From: an uncultured Spirochaetota bacterium
GTDB lineage: Bacteria > Spirochaetota > Spirochaetia > SZUA-6 > Fen-1364
Reading direction: 5' to 3'
DNA length: 64,000 nucleotides
NCBI GenBank assembly: GCA_963820525.1
Contig: CAWGAA010000001.1
Location: 1,440,001-1,504,000, forward strand
How positions within the stretch are numbered: position 1 is the stretch's first letter; each line of letters begins with the position of its first letter. Below are positions 1-10,493 of this stretch, in pieces. Both the position numbers and the translations under genes were made by a program. Below the pieces are notes generated by a model, which did not search any database, had not been told where the DNA came from, and saw nothing but the letters and a program-made list of their open reading frames with translations.

Positions 1-431
1 TCACGAACACCCGCGTCGGGATCATCCTCATGTATATCGCCACGGGAATCTCCTTCGGGATATTCCTCATGACGAGCTTCATGTCCACTGTCCCGCTGGA
101 ATTGGAGGAAGCCTCGCGGATAGACGGCTGCTCGATATACAGGACGTATTTTTCGATTGTCATGCCGCTCCTCAGACCCGCCATTGCCACCCTTACGATA
201 ATGACCTCCTTCCTGACGTGGAACGACTATCTCATGGCCAACCTCTTTCTGAGCAACAAGAGCCTCAAGACCTTGACCGTAGCCATGCAGGCCCTGTTTT
301 CACAACGCACCACGGATTACACCACCGCCATGGCCGCCGTAATCCTTTCAGCCTTGCCCGTGATGATCCTGTTCATTGCGATGCAGAGATACTTCATCAA
401 GGGAATGACGGTGGGCGCGCTCAAGGGGTAG
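1..431 (+). CDS. Carbohydrate ABC transporter permease (MalG-like), 5'-truncated by the window edge
   Basis: EAA loop (ELEEASRIDGCS), WNDY motif, C-terminal QRYFIKGMTVGALKG; the frame stays open to the window start. Confidence 0.9.
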   Translation, partial: TNTRVGIILMYIATGISFGIFLMTSFMSTVPLELEEASRIDGCSIYRTYFSIVMPLLRPAIATLTIMTSFLTWNDYLMANLFLSNKSLKTLTVAMQALFSQRTTDYTTAMAAVILSALPVMILFIAMQRYFIKGMTVGALKG

Positions 432-532
432 CTGTCACGCTTGAATGCGACGCCCATACCGGAGTAGATTCCGATCTTAAGCCTTCCGCGCCGTCAAACG
501 GCAAAACAGGACGCCGGCAAGAGGAGATCGGA

Positions 533-2641
533 ATGGAAAACCTTGGACCCGCAAGCGCGAAGCTTCCCCGGATGTGGCACGGCGGGGACTATAATCCCGA
601 CCAGTGGCTTCACGACCCCGGGGTGATTTCCGAAGACATCCGCATGATGAAGCTTTGCGGATGCAATGTCATGAGCGTCGGCATCTTCGCCTGGGCCGCC
701 CTGGAGCCCGAGGAGGGGCGGTACAGCTTCGATTGGCTGGACAGCGTCATAGGCAGGCTCCACGAGAACGGGATCTTCATAATCCTGGCCACCCCCTCCG
801 GAGCGCGGCCGGCATGGCTGACTGAGAAATACCCGGAGGTGCTGCGCGTCGAGCCCGATATGAAGCGGAGAATGTTCGGCGGGAGACACAATCATTGCTT
901 CACCTCGCCCGTATACCGCGAGAAAGTGGCAGCAATCAATGAGAGGCTTTCCGAGCGCTATGCCCGGCACCCGGGAGTGCTTCTGTGGCACCTGTCCAAC
1001 GAATACGGCGGGGAATGTCACTGCGATCTCTGCCAGGAAGCCTTTCGGGAGTGGCTGAAAAAAAAATACAAAAATGATCTGGCCGCTCTGAACCATGCGT
1101 GGTGGACGGCGTTCTGGAGCCATACCTTCTCGGACTGGCGGCAGATCCACTCCCCATCGCCAATCGGTGAAAGGGGGATCCACGGGCTCAACCTGGACTG
1201 GAAGCGCTTTGTCACGCACCAGACAACGGATTTCATTAAGGCCGAGATCGCGGCGCTCAGGCGCTCCGCGCCGGAGCTCCCGGTGACGACAAACCTCATG
1301 GGCACCTACGAAGGCCTTGATTACTGGAAGCTCGTACCGCACCTGGACGTGGTGTCCTGGGACAACTACCCGCAGTGGCACGGCACGGGCCCCGTGAACC
1401 ACCCCTGGGGCAGGTGGGACGTCGAGGGAAGGGACTGGAGGCTCGCTTCGGATGCGGGGTTCGTGCACGATCTCAACCGAAGCTTCAAGGCCGGAAAGCC
1501 TTTTCTGCTCATGGAAAGCTCTCCCAGCGTGATGAGCTGGACTCCCGTTTTGAAGCTCAAGCGGCCCGGAATGCACCTGGCAAGCTCGCTTCAGGCGGTG
1601 GCGCACGGTTCCGACTCCGTGCTCTATTTCCAATGGAGGAAGGGACGCGGCGGCCTGGAGAAGTTCCATGGCGCGGTTGTAGACCACGTCGCGCACGAGC
1701 ACACCAGGGTCTTTTCAGATGTGGCGGAAGCCGGGAAGGTCCTCTCCAGGCTGGATGACGTGCTCGGGACGCGGGTCCCCGTCGAGGTTGCCATCATCTT
1801 CGACTGGGAGAACCGGTGGGCAATCGACGACGCCAAGGGGCCGCTCAACGACGGGCGCAAGCTCTACGAGCGAACATGCAAGGACCATTACTACCCCTTC
1901 TGGTCCATGGGGATCGCGGCTGACGTGATCGACGAAGATCACGATTTCTCCCCCTACAGGCTGATCGTCGCGCCGATGCTCTACCTCCTGAAGGAGGGGG
2001 TGGCCGAGCGCCTCGAAGGTTTTGTCCAGGGAGGCGGCACCCTCGTTACGACATACTTGAGCGGGATCGTGGACTCGAACGACCTCTGCTTCATGGGCGG
2101 GTTTCCCGGTCCGCTTCGAAAGATTCTCGGCATCTGGTCAGAAGAGATCGATGCCCTGTACTCGGTGGAGAGGCGTTCAATCGCCATGAGTGCGGGCAAC
2201 TCACTCGGCATGAAAGGGAGCTACGAGGCGCGCGACCTCTGCGACATCGTGCACCTGGAGGGCGCCGAGGCGCTCGCCTGCTACCAGGAAGACTTCTATA
2301 AAGAATTGCCTGCCCTCACCGTGAACAGCTTCGGCGGCGGCCAGGCATACTATATGGCTTCGCGAAACGACGATAAGTTCCTGGCTGATTTCTATGCAAG
2401 CCTTTCGAAGAAGCTGGGGCTCTCGACAGCCCTCCCCCTGCCCCTGCCCGAGGGAGTGTCGGCACGGCTGCGCCGTGACGACAGAAACGAGTTTCTCTTC
2501 CTGATCAACTTCAAGCCCGAAGCACTGCGCGTGCGGCTGGGACGGGAAGAATGGGTTGACGCAGTGAGCGGTGAACGGGCTTCGCGGGCCATTGAGCTTG
2601 GCGTGTATGGGAGCCGGATACTGAGACGGCGCGTGCAGTAG
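533..2641 (+). CDS. Beta-galactosidase, GH42
   Basis: GGDYNPDQW, WHLSNEY, ECHCDLC, FLLMES and EKFHGAV motifs; ATG at 533 preceded by GAGGAG (521-526). Confidence 0.93.
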   Translation: MENLGPASAKLPRMWHGGDYNPDQWLHDPGVISEDIRMMKLCGCNVMSVGIFAWAALEPEEGRYSFDWLDSVIGRLHENGIFIILATPSGARPAWLTEKYPEVLRVEPDMKRRMFGGRHNHCFTSPVYREKVAAINERLSERYARHPGVLLWHLSNEYGGECHCDLCQEAFREWLKKKYKNDLAALNHAWWTAFWSHTFSDWRQIHSPSPIGERGIHGLNLDWKRFVTHQTTDFIKAEIAALRRSAPELPVTTNLMGTYEGLDYWKLVPHLDVVSWDNYPQWHGTGPVNHPWGRWDVEGRDWRLASDAGFVHDLNRSFKAGKPFLLMESSPSVMSWTPVLKLKRPGMHLASSLQAVAHGSDSVLYFQWRKGRGGLEKFHGAVVDHVAHEHTRVFSDVAEAGKVLSRLDDVLGTRVPVEVAIIFDWENRWAIDDAKGPLNDGRKLYERTCKDHYYPFWSMGIAADVIDEDHDFSPYRLIVAPMLYLLKEGVAERLEGFVQGGGTLVTTYLSGIVDSNDLCFMGGFPGPLRKILGIWSEEIDALYSVERRSIAMSAGNSLGMKGSYEARDLCDIVHLEGAEALACYQEDFYKELPALTVNSFGGGQAYYMASRNDDKFLADFYASLSKKLGLSTALPLPLPEGVSARLRRDDRNEFLFLINFKPEALRVRLGREEWVDAVSGERASRAIELGVYGSRILRRRVQ

Positions 2642-2693
2642 GCCGCCGCGGCGGCTTGGTGAGCCGCTGACCGGGTGCTCCGGCGGGCATCCC

Positions 2694-4073
2694 TCACATT
2701 GCAGCGTTCGAGTCCGAAAGCGGGAACCCGTTCTCCCTGGCCACCCGGGAATACCATCGGCCGGAATCCTTCACGATCCGTTTCTGGGTGGGGTAATCCA
2801 CGTAGGTGATTCCGAAGCGCTTGGTAAACCCGAAGCCCCATTCGAAGTTGTCCATGAAGGACCAGAGGAAGTAGCCTCTCACGTCGGCGCCGTCCGCAAT
2901 AGCCTGCCGGACCGCGGCCGCATGACGGGCAACATAGCGCTGACGGACAGGATCTCTCACAACACCGCCCTTGTCCGGCTTGTCGGGAAAAGCTGTGCCG
3001 TTTTCTGTGACGTACATGAAAGCGGGCCGGTACTCCCGGCTCACGCGCAATAGGATTCGGTAGAGGCTTTCGGGAGCTATCTCCCAGTTCTCGAAGTCGG
3101 CCCTGGGAACAAAGGGCCAGTTCACCTGCTTCGCCCCAAGGAATCCGTGGCCGGGGGCGGAATCGTGGGCGATGACGCGCCGGGTGTAGTAGTTCACACC
3201 CAGGAAGTCGATGGGCACGGCCATCGTTTTCAAGTCTCCGGCCTCGATGCGCGGCGCATTTGCCCCGTACCACTCAAGCATGTCCTCGGGGTAGCGGCCG
3301 GCGAAAACGGGATCGAGGAACCAGCGGTTGAAAGCGCCGTCGTGGCGTTTGGCGGCCGCGATGTCTTTCGCTTCAGCGCTTGCGGGCTCCACCCACTCCA
3401 GGTTGTGAACGATCCCCACGGAGGCTCCGGGGCAGTTGGCACGGATCACGGGCACAGCCTTGCCATGGGAAAGGAGAATTCCGTGCGCGGCGGCCAGCGC
3501 GGTCTTCAGGTCCTTGAGGCCGGGGGCATGGGCTCCCCAGAGATGACCGACAAACGCGACAACCCAGGGCTCGTTGTGCGTCATCCAGTCCTTCACCCGG
3601 TCTGCCAGGCGCCTGGTGACTATGTCGCTGTAGCGCACGAATGCGTCGATGGTTTTCCTGTTCGTCCAGCCGCCGATGTCCTGGAGGGTTTGGGGCAGGT
3701 CCCAATGGAAGAGGGTGGCAAACGGCCTGATTCCCCGCTCGAGCATGGCATCGATGAGCCTGTCGTAGAAATCCAGGCCGCGCTCGTTCTCCGCACCCGT
3801 TCCGTCGGGAACCACGCGCGGCCAGGAGATGGAGAAGCGATAGCTTGAAAGGCCCATCTCCCGCATGAGATCGAAGTCGGACTGGAAAAGATGGTAGTGG
3901 TCGCAGGCCACCTTCCCGTTCTCGCCGTCCGCCGTTTTTCCGGGAGTGGAGGCGAAGCGGTCCCAGACGGACTCGCCCTTGCCGTCCTCGTCCCAGGCGC
4001 CCTCGATCTGGTAGGCGCTGGTCGCGGTGCCCCAGATGAATCCCTTCGGAAAGCTCACGAATTCCTGGCCCAT
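2694..4073 (-). CDS. Beta-glucosidase, GH1
   Basis: FIWGTATSAYQIEG, THNEP (acid/base), YVTENG (nucleophile), DNFEW; GGAG upstream of the ATG at 4073. Confidence 0.95.
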   Translation of the reverse strand: MGQEFVSFPKGFIWGTATSAYQIEGAWDEDGKGESVWDRFASTPGKTADGENGKVACDHYHLFQSDFDLMREMGLSSYRFSISWPRVVPDGTGAENERGLDFYDRLIDAMLERGIRPFATLFHWDLPQTLQDIGGWTNRKTIDAFVRYSDIVTRRLADRVKDWMTHNEPWVVAFVGHLWGAHAPGLKDLKTALAAAHGILLSHGKAVPVIRANCPGASVGIVHNLEWVEPASAEAKDIAAAKRHDGAFNRWFLDPVFAGRYPEDMLEWYGANAPRIEAGDLKTMAVPIDFLGVNYYTRRVIAHDSAPGHGFLGAKQVNWPFVPRADFENWEIAPESLYRILLRVSREYRPAFMYVTENGTAFPDKPDKGGVVRDPVRQRYVARHAAAVRQAIADGADVRGYFLWSFMDNFEWGFGFTKRFGITYVDYPTQKRIVKDSGRWYSRVARENGFPLSDSNAAM

Positions 4074-4203
4074 TGAAAACCTCCGATGTTGCGGCGCCAG
4101 GGGGCGGCCCATCAGGCGGCCGCTTTTATGGGTCGTCGGGCGGCCTCATGGGACGCACGCCCGGGCAGTCCCGGCCCCGCCGAGCCGGCCCGTCCGGCAG
4201 CCC

Positions 4204-5049
4204 TCAGCCTTTCAACGCCCCCGCCGTCACGCCGGCCATTATCCTCTTGGAGAAAAAGAAGTACAGCACCAGGGGGACGACGGCCACCAGCGTCATGCAG
4301 GCGAACTGGATTGCGTAGTCCGAGCGGTAGAGGCCCTGGAACTTGATGATGGAAAAGGGAAGGGTGCGAAGATCGTCCGTGGCAAGATAGGTGTAGGCCA
4401 TGATGAACTCGTTCCAGTTTCCCAGGAAGGTCATCACGAAGACGGTGACCGTCGCCGGAGCCGCCATGGGGGCAACAACGCTCCACAGGATCCGGGGCCA
4501 GGAGGCCCCGTCCATGAAGGCGGACTCCTCCATGGATCGGGGGAGCGTTCGAAGCTGGCCGATGTAGACCAGGGCATTGAAGCTCAAGGTGAACGCGATG
4601 TACGGGATGATGAGCCCGAGGTGCGTGTCGATCAGCTTGAAGTAGTTGAACCAGATGAAGTTGGGAAGGAGCGTCGTGTGGATGGGCACCACCATCCCCA
4701 TCGTGATGGCCGCGAGCGCGAGGGGCCGCAGCTTGAATCTCATCCTTGTGACGGCGTAGGCGAGGCAGAAGGAGAGGAATGTGGAGACGAGGACCGAGCA
4801 CGAAACGACGATGGCGCTGTTGGCGAAGTACCGCGGGATCCTCCCGTCCACCCATGCCCGGACATAGTTGTTCCACTGCGGATTGGTGGGGATCTTGATC
4901 AGCTCCGGGCCGAAAAGGTCGCCCGACTTGAGGATGGAGTAGTCGAACACCCACAAAAGGGGAAAGATCTGCAGAAAGGCGAGCACGGCGAGAAAGATGA
5001 AGAGGATCGTTTTGCCTGCGAGCCTGATATCCGGCCTCCTATTGAACAT
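4204..5049 (-). CDS. Carbohydrate ABC transporter permease (MalG-like)
   Basis: MEESAFMDGAS EAA loop, WNEF, six hydrophobic segments. Confidence 0.92.
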   Translation of the reverse strand: MFNRRPDIRLAGKTILFIFLAVLAFLQIFPLLWVFDYSILKSGDLFGPELIKIPTNPQWNNYVRAWVDGRIPRYFANSAIVVSCSVLVSTFLSFCLAYAVTRMRFKLRPLALAAITMGMVVPIHTTLLPNFIWFNYFKLIDTHLGLIIPYIAFTLSFNALVYIGQLRTLPRSMEESAFMDGASWPRILWSVVAPMAAPATVTVFVMTFLGNWNEFIMAYTYLATDDLRTLPFSIIKFQGLYRSDYAIQFACMTLVAVVPLVLYFFFSKRIMAGVTAGALKG

Positions 5050-5941
5050 CGTCGTTTCCCGCGAGCAGGCGCTGCACCAGCAGGGTGAGCCCGACGGCCA
5101 CGACGACAAAGAGGACGGACAGCGCATTGCCGTACCCGTACTCGCTGGCTATGAACGCCTTCTGGTAGAGGTAGACGGAGACGAACTGGGTAATCTGCCC
5201 CGGCCCCCCCGCCGTCGAGAGGAAGATCATCTCCATCTGCCTCATTGAGGAGATGACGTCGATCACGAGGACGGCCGAGATCACGGGAAGCATGTAGGGG
5301 ATGATGATTCGCGTATATGCGGCAAACCACCCCGCCCCATCCACGCGGGCCGCCTCCTCGATCTCCTTGGGCACGGTCATGAGGCCGGTGTAGTAGAACA
5401 GGAGCGCCCAGCCGAAGCCCTGCCAGATGATGATCCAGATCACGGCTCCAAGGGCCGTGCGGGGATTCGACAGCCACGAAACGGCGATGCCCTTCAGGCC
5501 CACCGCGCCCAGCAGCTTGTTGAGGATCCCGTAGGTGGGATTGAAGATGTTGACCCAGAGACTCGTGATGACGACCAGAGAGAGGACGGCGGGAACAAAG
5601 TAGATCGTGCGGAAGATCCGGGAGAAGCGCTCGGAGATGTGGGCCAGGATGGCGGCCAGGCCGAATGCCGCGGGGTTCTGGATGAAGATCGTGACCACCA
5701 TGAGGATGAGCGCGTTCAACAGGGAGCGCCAGAACACAGCGTCCCCGGTTATGATGTCGACGTAGTTCTGCAGGCCGACGATATTGAAAGCTCCGAACCC
5801 CGCCCAGTCGGTGAGGCTGAAGTACACGGAGAAGCCGATGGGCACGACCAGAGAGAAGACCATGACCGCGAGGGCCGGCGCCACCAGAGCCGCGACGACC
5901 TTTCTGTTTCCGAACAACGCCCTCACCTCACGGACCTCCAT
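5039..5941 (-). CDS. Carbohydrate ABC transporter permease (MalF-like)
   Basis: VGLQNY, IEEAARVDGA, GGPG and YGYGNA motifs; exact start uncertain (a GTG a few codons downstream is possible). Confidence 0.92.
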   Translation of the reverse strand: MEVREVRALFGNRKVVAALVAPALAVMVFSLVVPIGFSVYFSLTDWAGFGAFNIVGLQNYVDIITGDAVFWRSLLNALILMVVTIFIQNPAAFGLAAILAHISERFSRIFRTIYFVPAVLSLVVITSLWVNIFNPTYGILNKLLGAVGLKGIAVSWLSNPRTALGAVIWIIIWQGFGWALLFYYTGLMTVPKEIEEAARVDGAGWFAAYTRIIIPYMLPVISAVLVIDVISSMRQMEMIFLSTAGGPGQITQFVSVYLYQKAFIASEYGYGNALSVLFVVVAVGLTLLVQRLLAGNDDVQ

Positions 5942-5949
5942 ATTCCAGC

Positions 5950-5978
5950 AAAAGGGGGCGCCGCCAGGGACGCCCCCT
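5950..5978 (-). terminator. Stem-loop after the binding-protein gene (partial terminator or mRNA stabiliser)
   Basis: 8-bp stem AGGGGGCG/CGCCCCCT with a 10-nt loop, followed by a short T run on the minus strand. Confidence 0.55.
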
Positions 5979-5999
5979 CGAGAAAGGGAATCCTGTCCC

Positions 6000-7268
6000 C
6001 TACTTCTTCAACGCCGCCTTTGCGGCGGAAGCGTCGAGCTTCTTGCAGAACTCTTCCGGCGTGATGAGCACCGAGCAGAGCTCGCGGATGAAGTTCTGGT
6101 GGTCTTCCTTGAACTGCGGGGTGGACAGATCGAGCCCCGCGGTGCCGCTGGTCCGCTTGGCATCAGCGGCGATCGAGAGAAGGGTCTTGGCCACGGGCGT
6201 GTCGGATGCACGCGGCTCCACCTTCTGCGCGGGGAAAGCGGCTTGCTTCTCCCAGGCCAGCGCGGGGAAGCGCTGGGCATAGAAGCTCAAGTACTTCAGG
6301 CCGATAGCCTTGTTCTTGGAGGCGGCGCTCACCACGTAGTTGCCGCCGAACCATGCCACCAGGTCGTCGATCTTCCCCTTGCCGTTCTTCAGCACGGGAA
6401 GCTTGAAGGCGTCGACATTGTTCTTGAAGTCGTCGGAGAAACTGGCGTCCGTGGCGAGACCCACTTCCCACGAGCCCATAAGGTACATGGCGGCCCTGCC
6501 CTGGCCGAAGAGGTTTCGGGAAGCGCCGTAGTCGGAGACCATCAGGTCTTCCTGGAACAGGCCGGACTGCACGAACTTCTGAAGCTGCCGCGCCCCCTCG
6601 ACGAAGTCGGGATCCGTGAATTTGGCTTTCCTGTCCAGCGCTTTCTGGACGCGGGAGAAGTCACCGCTCACCCTCTCGGCGAACGCGTCGAAGGTGATGG
6701 AAAGCGGCCAGGCATCCTTACCGTCGGTGACCATGGGGATGATCCCCTGGGCCTTGAACTTGGGCGCCAGGGCCTCCAGATCCTCGATGGTGGTGGGGAC
6801 CGAGGTCACTCCGGCGTCCGCGAACAGCTTCTTGTTGTAGTAGATGACCCAGAGGTCTCCTGAAACGGGGATGCCGTAGAGCTTGCCGTTGTACATGTTG
6901 CTCTCGAGGGCTCCCGCCATATAGCCGTACTTGTCGAACTCCGCCTTGGAGAGCGGCTGAACGAACCCCCCGTCCACGAGGGGCTTCAGCAGCGTGGTGA
7001 AGCTCCAGTACTTGAATACGTCGGGAAGCTGCTTTGCCGTGGCGTAGATCTTGATCTTCTGCTGGTAGGGCTGGTCGGGGTAGCTTTCCGTGACGATCTC
7101 CACACCGGGGTTTGCGGCCTTGAACTCCGCGTTGATCTGCTCGACCACAGCCCCCCAGGTGGTTGTCCGGTCCGCAAGGTTGTCTCCCATTTTCAGGGTG
7201 ACCTTTCCTTGAGCCCACAGGCCCGCCGCGAGGCAGAGGGCGAGCAGGACGATGGCGACTCTCTTCAT
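6000..7268 (-). CDS. Sugar ABC transporter substrate-binding protein (family 1)
   Basis: Signal peptide MKRVAIVLLALCLAAGLWA, YNGKLYGIP, YYNKKLF, GRAAMYLMGSW; strong SD AAGGAGG. Confidence 0.92.
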   Translation of the reverse strand: MKRVAIVLLALCLAAGLWAQGKVTLKMGDNLADRTTTWGAVVEQINAEFKAANPGVEIVTESYPDQPYQQKIKIYATAKQLPDVFKYWSFTTLLKPLVDGGFVQPLSKAEFDKYGYMAGALESNMYNGKLYGIPVSGDLWVIYYNKKLFADAGVTSVPTTIEDLEALAPKFKAQGIIPMVTDGKDAWPLSITFDAFAERVSGDFSRVQKALDRKAKFTDPDFVEGARQLQKFVQSGLFQEDLMVSDYGASRNLFGQGRAAMYLMGSWEVGLATDASFSDDFKNNVDAFKLPVLKNGKGKIDDLVAWFGGNYVVSAASKNKAIGLKYLSFYAQRFPALAWEKQAAFPAQKVEPRASDTPVAKTLLSIAADAKRTSGTAGLDLSTPQFKEDHQNFIRELCSVLITPEEFCKKLDASAAKAALKK

Positions 7269-7394
7269 GGTTTCCTCCTTCTTTGAGTGAATATCAATCG
7301 CCTTCGAGTATCCCACGGCTTCCCCCTGCCGTGAATGATCGAGATTCCGATAGTTTGACGAATTTACCGAAAAACGCCGTTTCGACCGTCCCGC

Positions 7395-8623
7395 TTACGT
7401 CGCGCCCTCGACTCCGGGCCGGCAGGAGGCATCGGCCTCCGCGGTCCATACGCTGGGGCTCGTGCCGGTGAGCTTCTTGAACACGCGGCTGAAGTGCTCC
7501 ACGTTGGGGTATCCCACCCGCTCCCCGATCTCGTAAACCTTCAGGCCGGTCTGCCGGAGCAGGCGCTTGGCCTCCTCCACGCGCACAAAGGCGACGTACC
7601 CCGTCAGCGTCTCCCCCGTCTCCCGGGCGAACTCCCAGCTTAAGTGATTCTTCGAGACTCCCGCCCTTTCGGCCACCTCGGCCAGGGACAGCTCGGGGTC
7701 CGCGAACCGCTCGCGGATGAACCGCTTTGCCGCCACGATTATCCTCGACTCGACGCCGCGGGAAGCGACGGCGCTCTTGTAAGCGCCGGGCACACCCTCA
7801 AGGCCACCGCGGGCGTCGCCGATGGAGCAGGAGGCCCGTACGGAGAGGTAGCGCTCGATTCCGTCCTTCGCGTCCGCGCAGAAGAGGCGGGCCTGCTCTT
7901 CCCCCCCGAGAAGAGGACCGCGACGTGGCCCGGCCGGACGGGGACGACCTCGCCGGAGCCCCGTTTGGCGAGGATCTGCGCGAGGGACCTCTCCACCATG
8001 GAATCGAAGCGGGAAAGCTCCTCCTCTTCATAGCGCCGCGCCACGTCCTCGAAGTCCCTGATCCAGAATGCGCAGACGAACACGGGGGGCGCGAGGGAGA
8101 TTCCGAGGCCGGCGATCGCATCCCATGATTCCGGCCCGATCGGCTGGACCAGGAGGTCCCGCAGGACCTGGCGGCGGAGAACCTCCACCTGCTTCCGCTC
8201 CACGATTGCCGAGCTTCGCTCCCTCGATTCCTCGATGCCCAGGGCGGTCTTTCTGAGCAGCGCCAGAAGGGATTCCCCGTCCATCTCGGTTTTCAGCACG
8301 TAGTCGGCCGCCCCCAGGGTGAACGCGGTCCGCACGAGGTGGAACTCGTCATAGGCGGAGAGGATCAGCACGGCCGGGGCTTCGCCGGGGTGGACGCCCT
8401 CCCCCGCAGCCATCCGGCGCAGGAACTCGATGCCGTCCATCACGGGCATGGAGATGTCCAGAAGAACGATGTCGATCTCCGGATGCGCATCCAGCGCCTC
8501 CAAGGCCTCGCGGCCGTTTCCCGCCTCGAAGCGGAAGCTGAAGCCTTCCCTTTCCCAGTCCCGCAGGCTGGCGATGGAGAGGCGCACGAACGGCTCGTCG
8601 TCCACGACCAGGACGCTATGCAC
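7395..8623 (-). CDS. YesN-type response regulator (REC + AraC HTH), frameshifted at the G7 run 7901-7907
   Basis: REC motifs VVDDE, LLDISMP and DYVLK in ORF 7739-8623; AraC HTH (LSLAEVAE...EIGERVGY..HFSRVFKK) in ORF 7395-7793; one extra G in the run joins the two frames. Confidence 0.85.
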
Positions 8624-10466
8624 CCCCGTTCCCTTCCCTCCTCACCACCGGAAGGAGGAACCGAACGAGGGTGTAGCGGCCCCGCTCGCTTTCCACCTCC
8701 AGGCCGAATGACTCCCCGAAGTTCAGCCGGATCCGCCTCCTCACATTGGCAAGGCCTATGTGATGGAGTCGGCTCCCTTTCTCCGAATTCTCCGAGGGCT
8801 CCTCCAGGGCGGACAGGACCTTCTCGGCTTCTATGCCCACCCCATCGTCCTTCACCTCCAGCACGAGCCGCCGATCCTTCGCGGCCACCAGCCCGGGCTC
8901 GGGGAGCGCCAGGGGCGCAGCCCCCGGAGCCTCCTCCAGGCGTGCGGAGATGCGGATCGTCCCTCGGCGCCCGGCGGCCGAGATTCCGTGGAGGATGGCG
9001 TTCTCCACGATGGGCTGGAGGATCATGCGCAGGACCAGGAGGCCGCGGGTGCGCTCCTCGACGTCGTACTCCACGTCGAAGTGCTCTCCGAAGCGGACCT
9101 TCATGATGCCGACGTAGCTTTCCACGTTGGAGAGCTCGGCGGCCAGCTCCGCCATGGGGCCGGCGCTCGCGTAGCTGTCCGCGAGCACGCGCATCAGGGC
9201 ATGGGTCATGTCCCCGATGGCGTGCGCCTTGGCCGCCCGCGCCATGAGGCGGATGGAGTTCAGCGTGTTGGAGACGAAGTGCGGGTTGATCTGGAAGCGC
9301 AGCGCCTCAAGCTCGGATTTCATCCTTTCGCGGTCCCGCCGCTCGCGCTCCAGGGTCAGGGTGCGGATTTCTTCCACCATGCGGTTGAAGCTCTCCGTGA
9401 GGACGGCCAGCTCCTCGATCCCGGCCGCCGACGGCACCCGAACGCCGTAGTTTCCTCCGCCCACCAGATGCATGCTGCGGGTCACCTCCCGGATGGGATT
9501 CGCGATTCGCGAGAGGAATATCCCGGCATACACGATGAAGAGCACGGTGAGGAGCGCCAGGGCGGGATAGATGTACCACCTGTAGGAGGTGATGCTGCCC
9601 ATGATCGCCGCGCGGTCCGCCAGAAGCGCGATGGTCCAACCCGTGGACTCCATGAGGAGGGAGCTTGCCATCCATGACCGCCCGCCTGCGCGAATCTGCC
9701 GGAACGCCGCGCTCCCCTCCTCCTTTCCCCCAGCCGCCAGAAGCGATGCCAGGGCGGAGAGGCTTTCGCCGTCCGATGCGGGGATGCTGGAGAGCAGGGG
9801 GTGGCCGTCCCTTCCGAAAATCACCACGTCTCCGCCGCTTTCGGAGACGGGGCGGGACACGAGTCGATCGAAGTAGGGCACGCGGAACATCACCAGCACC
9901 GCGTCGAGCTCCGTGTCGTAGTCCTGCGGGGACGTGCAGACCGCGACGGAGAGCATGAACTTCTCTCCGACGTTTCCCGCCACTCCCGTGAGGCTGTCGA
10001 CGAGCAGGACCTTTCCGGGATTCTTCTTCGCCTCAGAGTACACGGATCGGTCGATGGCTCTCACGAACCTGATGTTGGGGTAGTTGCGGTAGTAGTACGC
10101 CCCGCCGTTTCGCATGTAGAGGATCACGGCCCCGATCCGGTTGGAGTAGGTGAAGAAGCTCACCAGCTTGTCGTCGAGGCCATTGGCGGCGAGGAGGCGG
10201 TCCCCGGGGCTGCGGGCTCGAGAATAGGCGTCGGCAAGGGAGCGAAGCTGCAGGTCGTGGAAGAGCGCCGAGGCGAGGATGGAAACCTCGTCCGTCTCGC
10301 CCCTGATGTTCTGTGCCACCTGGTCGACCACGGCCTCGGTCTGGCGGGAGACGGTGGAAACGAGCGCGGAAAGGTACATACGGGAGAGCACTACCAGGAC
10401 CACCAGGCCGGGAAGGAATACCAGGAGGAGGAACGCAATGTTGAACCTTCTGCGGATGGAGACCAC
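8616..10466 (-). CDS. YesM-type sensor histidine kinase (HAMP + His_kinase + HATPase)
   Basis: Two TM segments, HAMP, FQINPHFVSNTL, LQPIVENAILHG, DDGVG, HIGLANV. Confidence 0.92.
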   Translation of the reverse strand: MVSIRRRFNIAFLLLVFLPGLVVLVVLSRMYLSALVSTVSRQTEAVVDQVAQNIRGETDEVSILASALFHDLQLRSLADAYSRARSPGDRLLAANGLDDKLVSFFTYSNRIGAVILYMRNGGAYYYRNYPNIRFVRAIDRSVYSEAKKNPGKVLLVDSLTGVAGNVGEKFMLSVAVCTSPQDYDTELDAVLVMFRVPYFDRLVSRPVSESGGDVVIFGRDGHPLLSSIPASDGESLSALASLLAAGGKEEGSAAFRQIRAGGRSWMASSLLMESTGWTIALLADRAAIMGSITSYRWYIYPALALLTVLFIVYAGIFLSRIANPIREVTRSMHLVGGGNYGVRVPSAAGIEELAVLTESFNRMVEEIRTLTLERERRDRERMKSELEALRFQINPHFVSNTLNSIRLMARAAKAHAIGDMTHALMRVLADSYASAGPMAELAAELSNVESYVGIMKVRFGEHFDVEYDVEERTRGLLVLRMILQPIVENAILHGISAAGRRGTIRISARLEEAPGAAPLALPEPGLVAAKDRRLVLEVKDDGVGIEAEKVLSALEEPSENSEKGSRLHHIGLANVRRRIRLNFGESFGLEVESERGRYTLVRFLLPVVRREGNGGA

Positions 10467-10473
10467 GAGCGGC

Positions 10474-10482
10474 AGTATATCA
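10474..10482 (-). promoter_or_regulatory. Extended -10 element TG-A-TATACT, 7 nt before the GTG of the sensor kinase
   Basis: Motif read directly; no SD sequence between it and the start codon. Confidence 0.55.
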
Positions 10483-10493
10483 TGGGTTGACCG

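Noticed and set aside
218..532. N-terminal extension of the GH42 ORF
   Set aside because: Overlaps the permease in another frame; the SD and family similarity begin at ATG 533.
432..532. Riboswitch between the permease and GH42 (GGCAAA motif)
   Set aside because: The remaining c-di-GMP-I elements and a terminator are not present.
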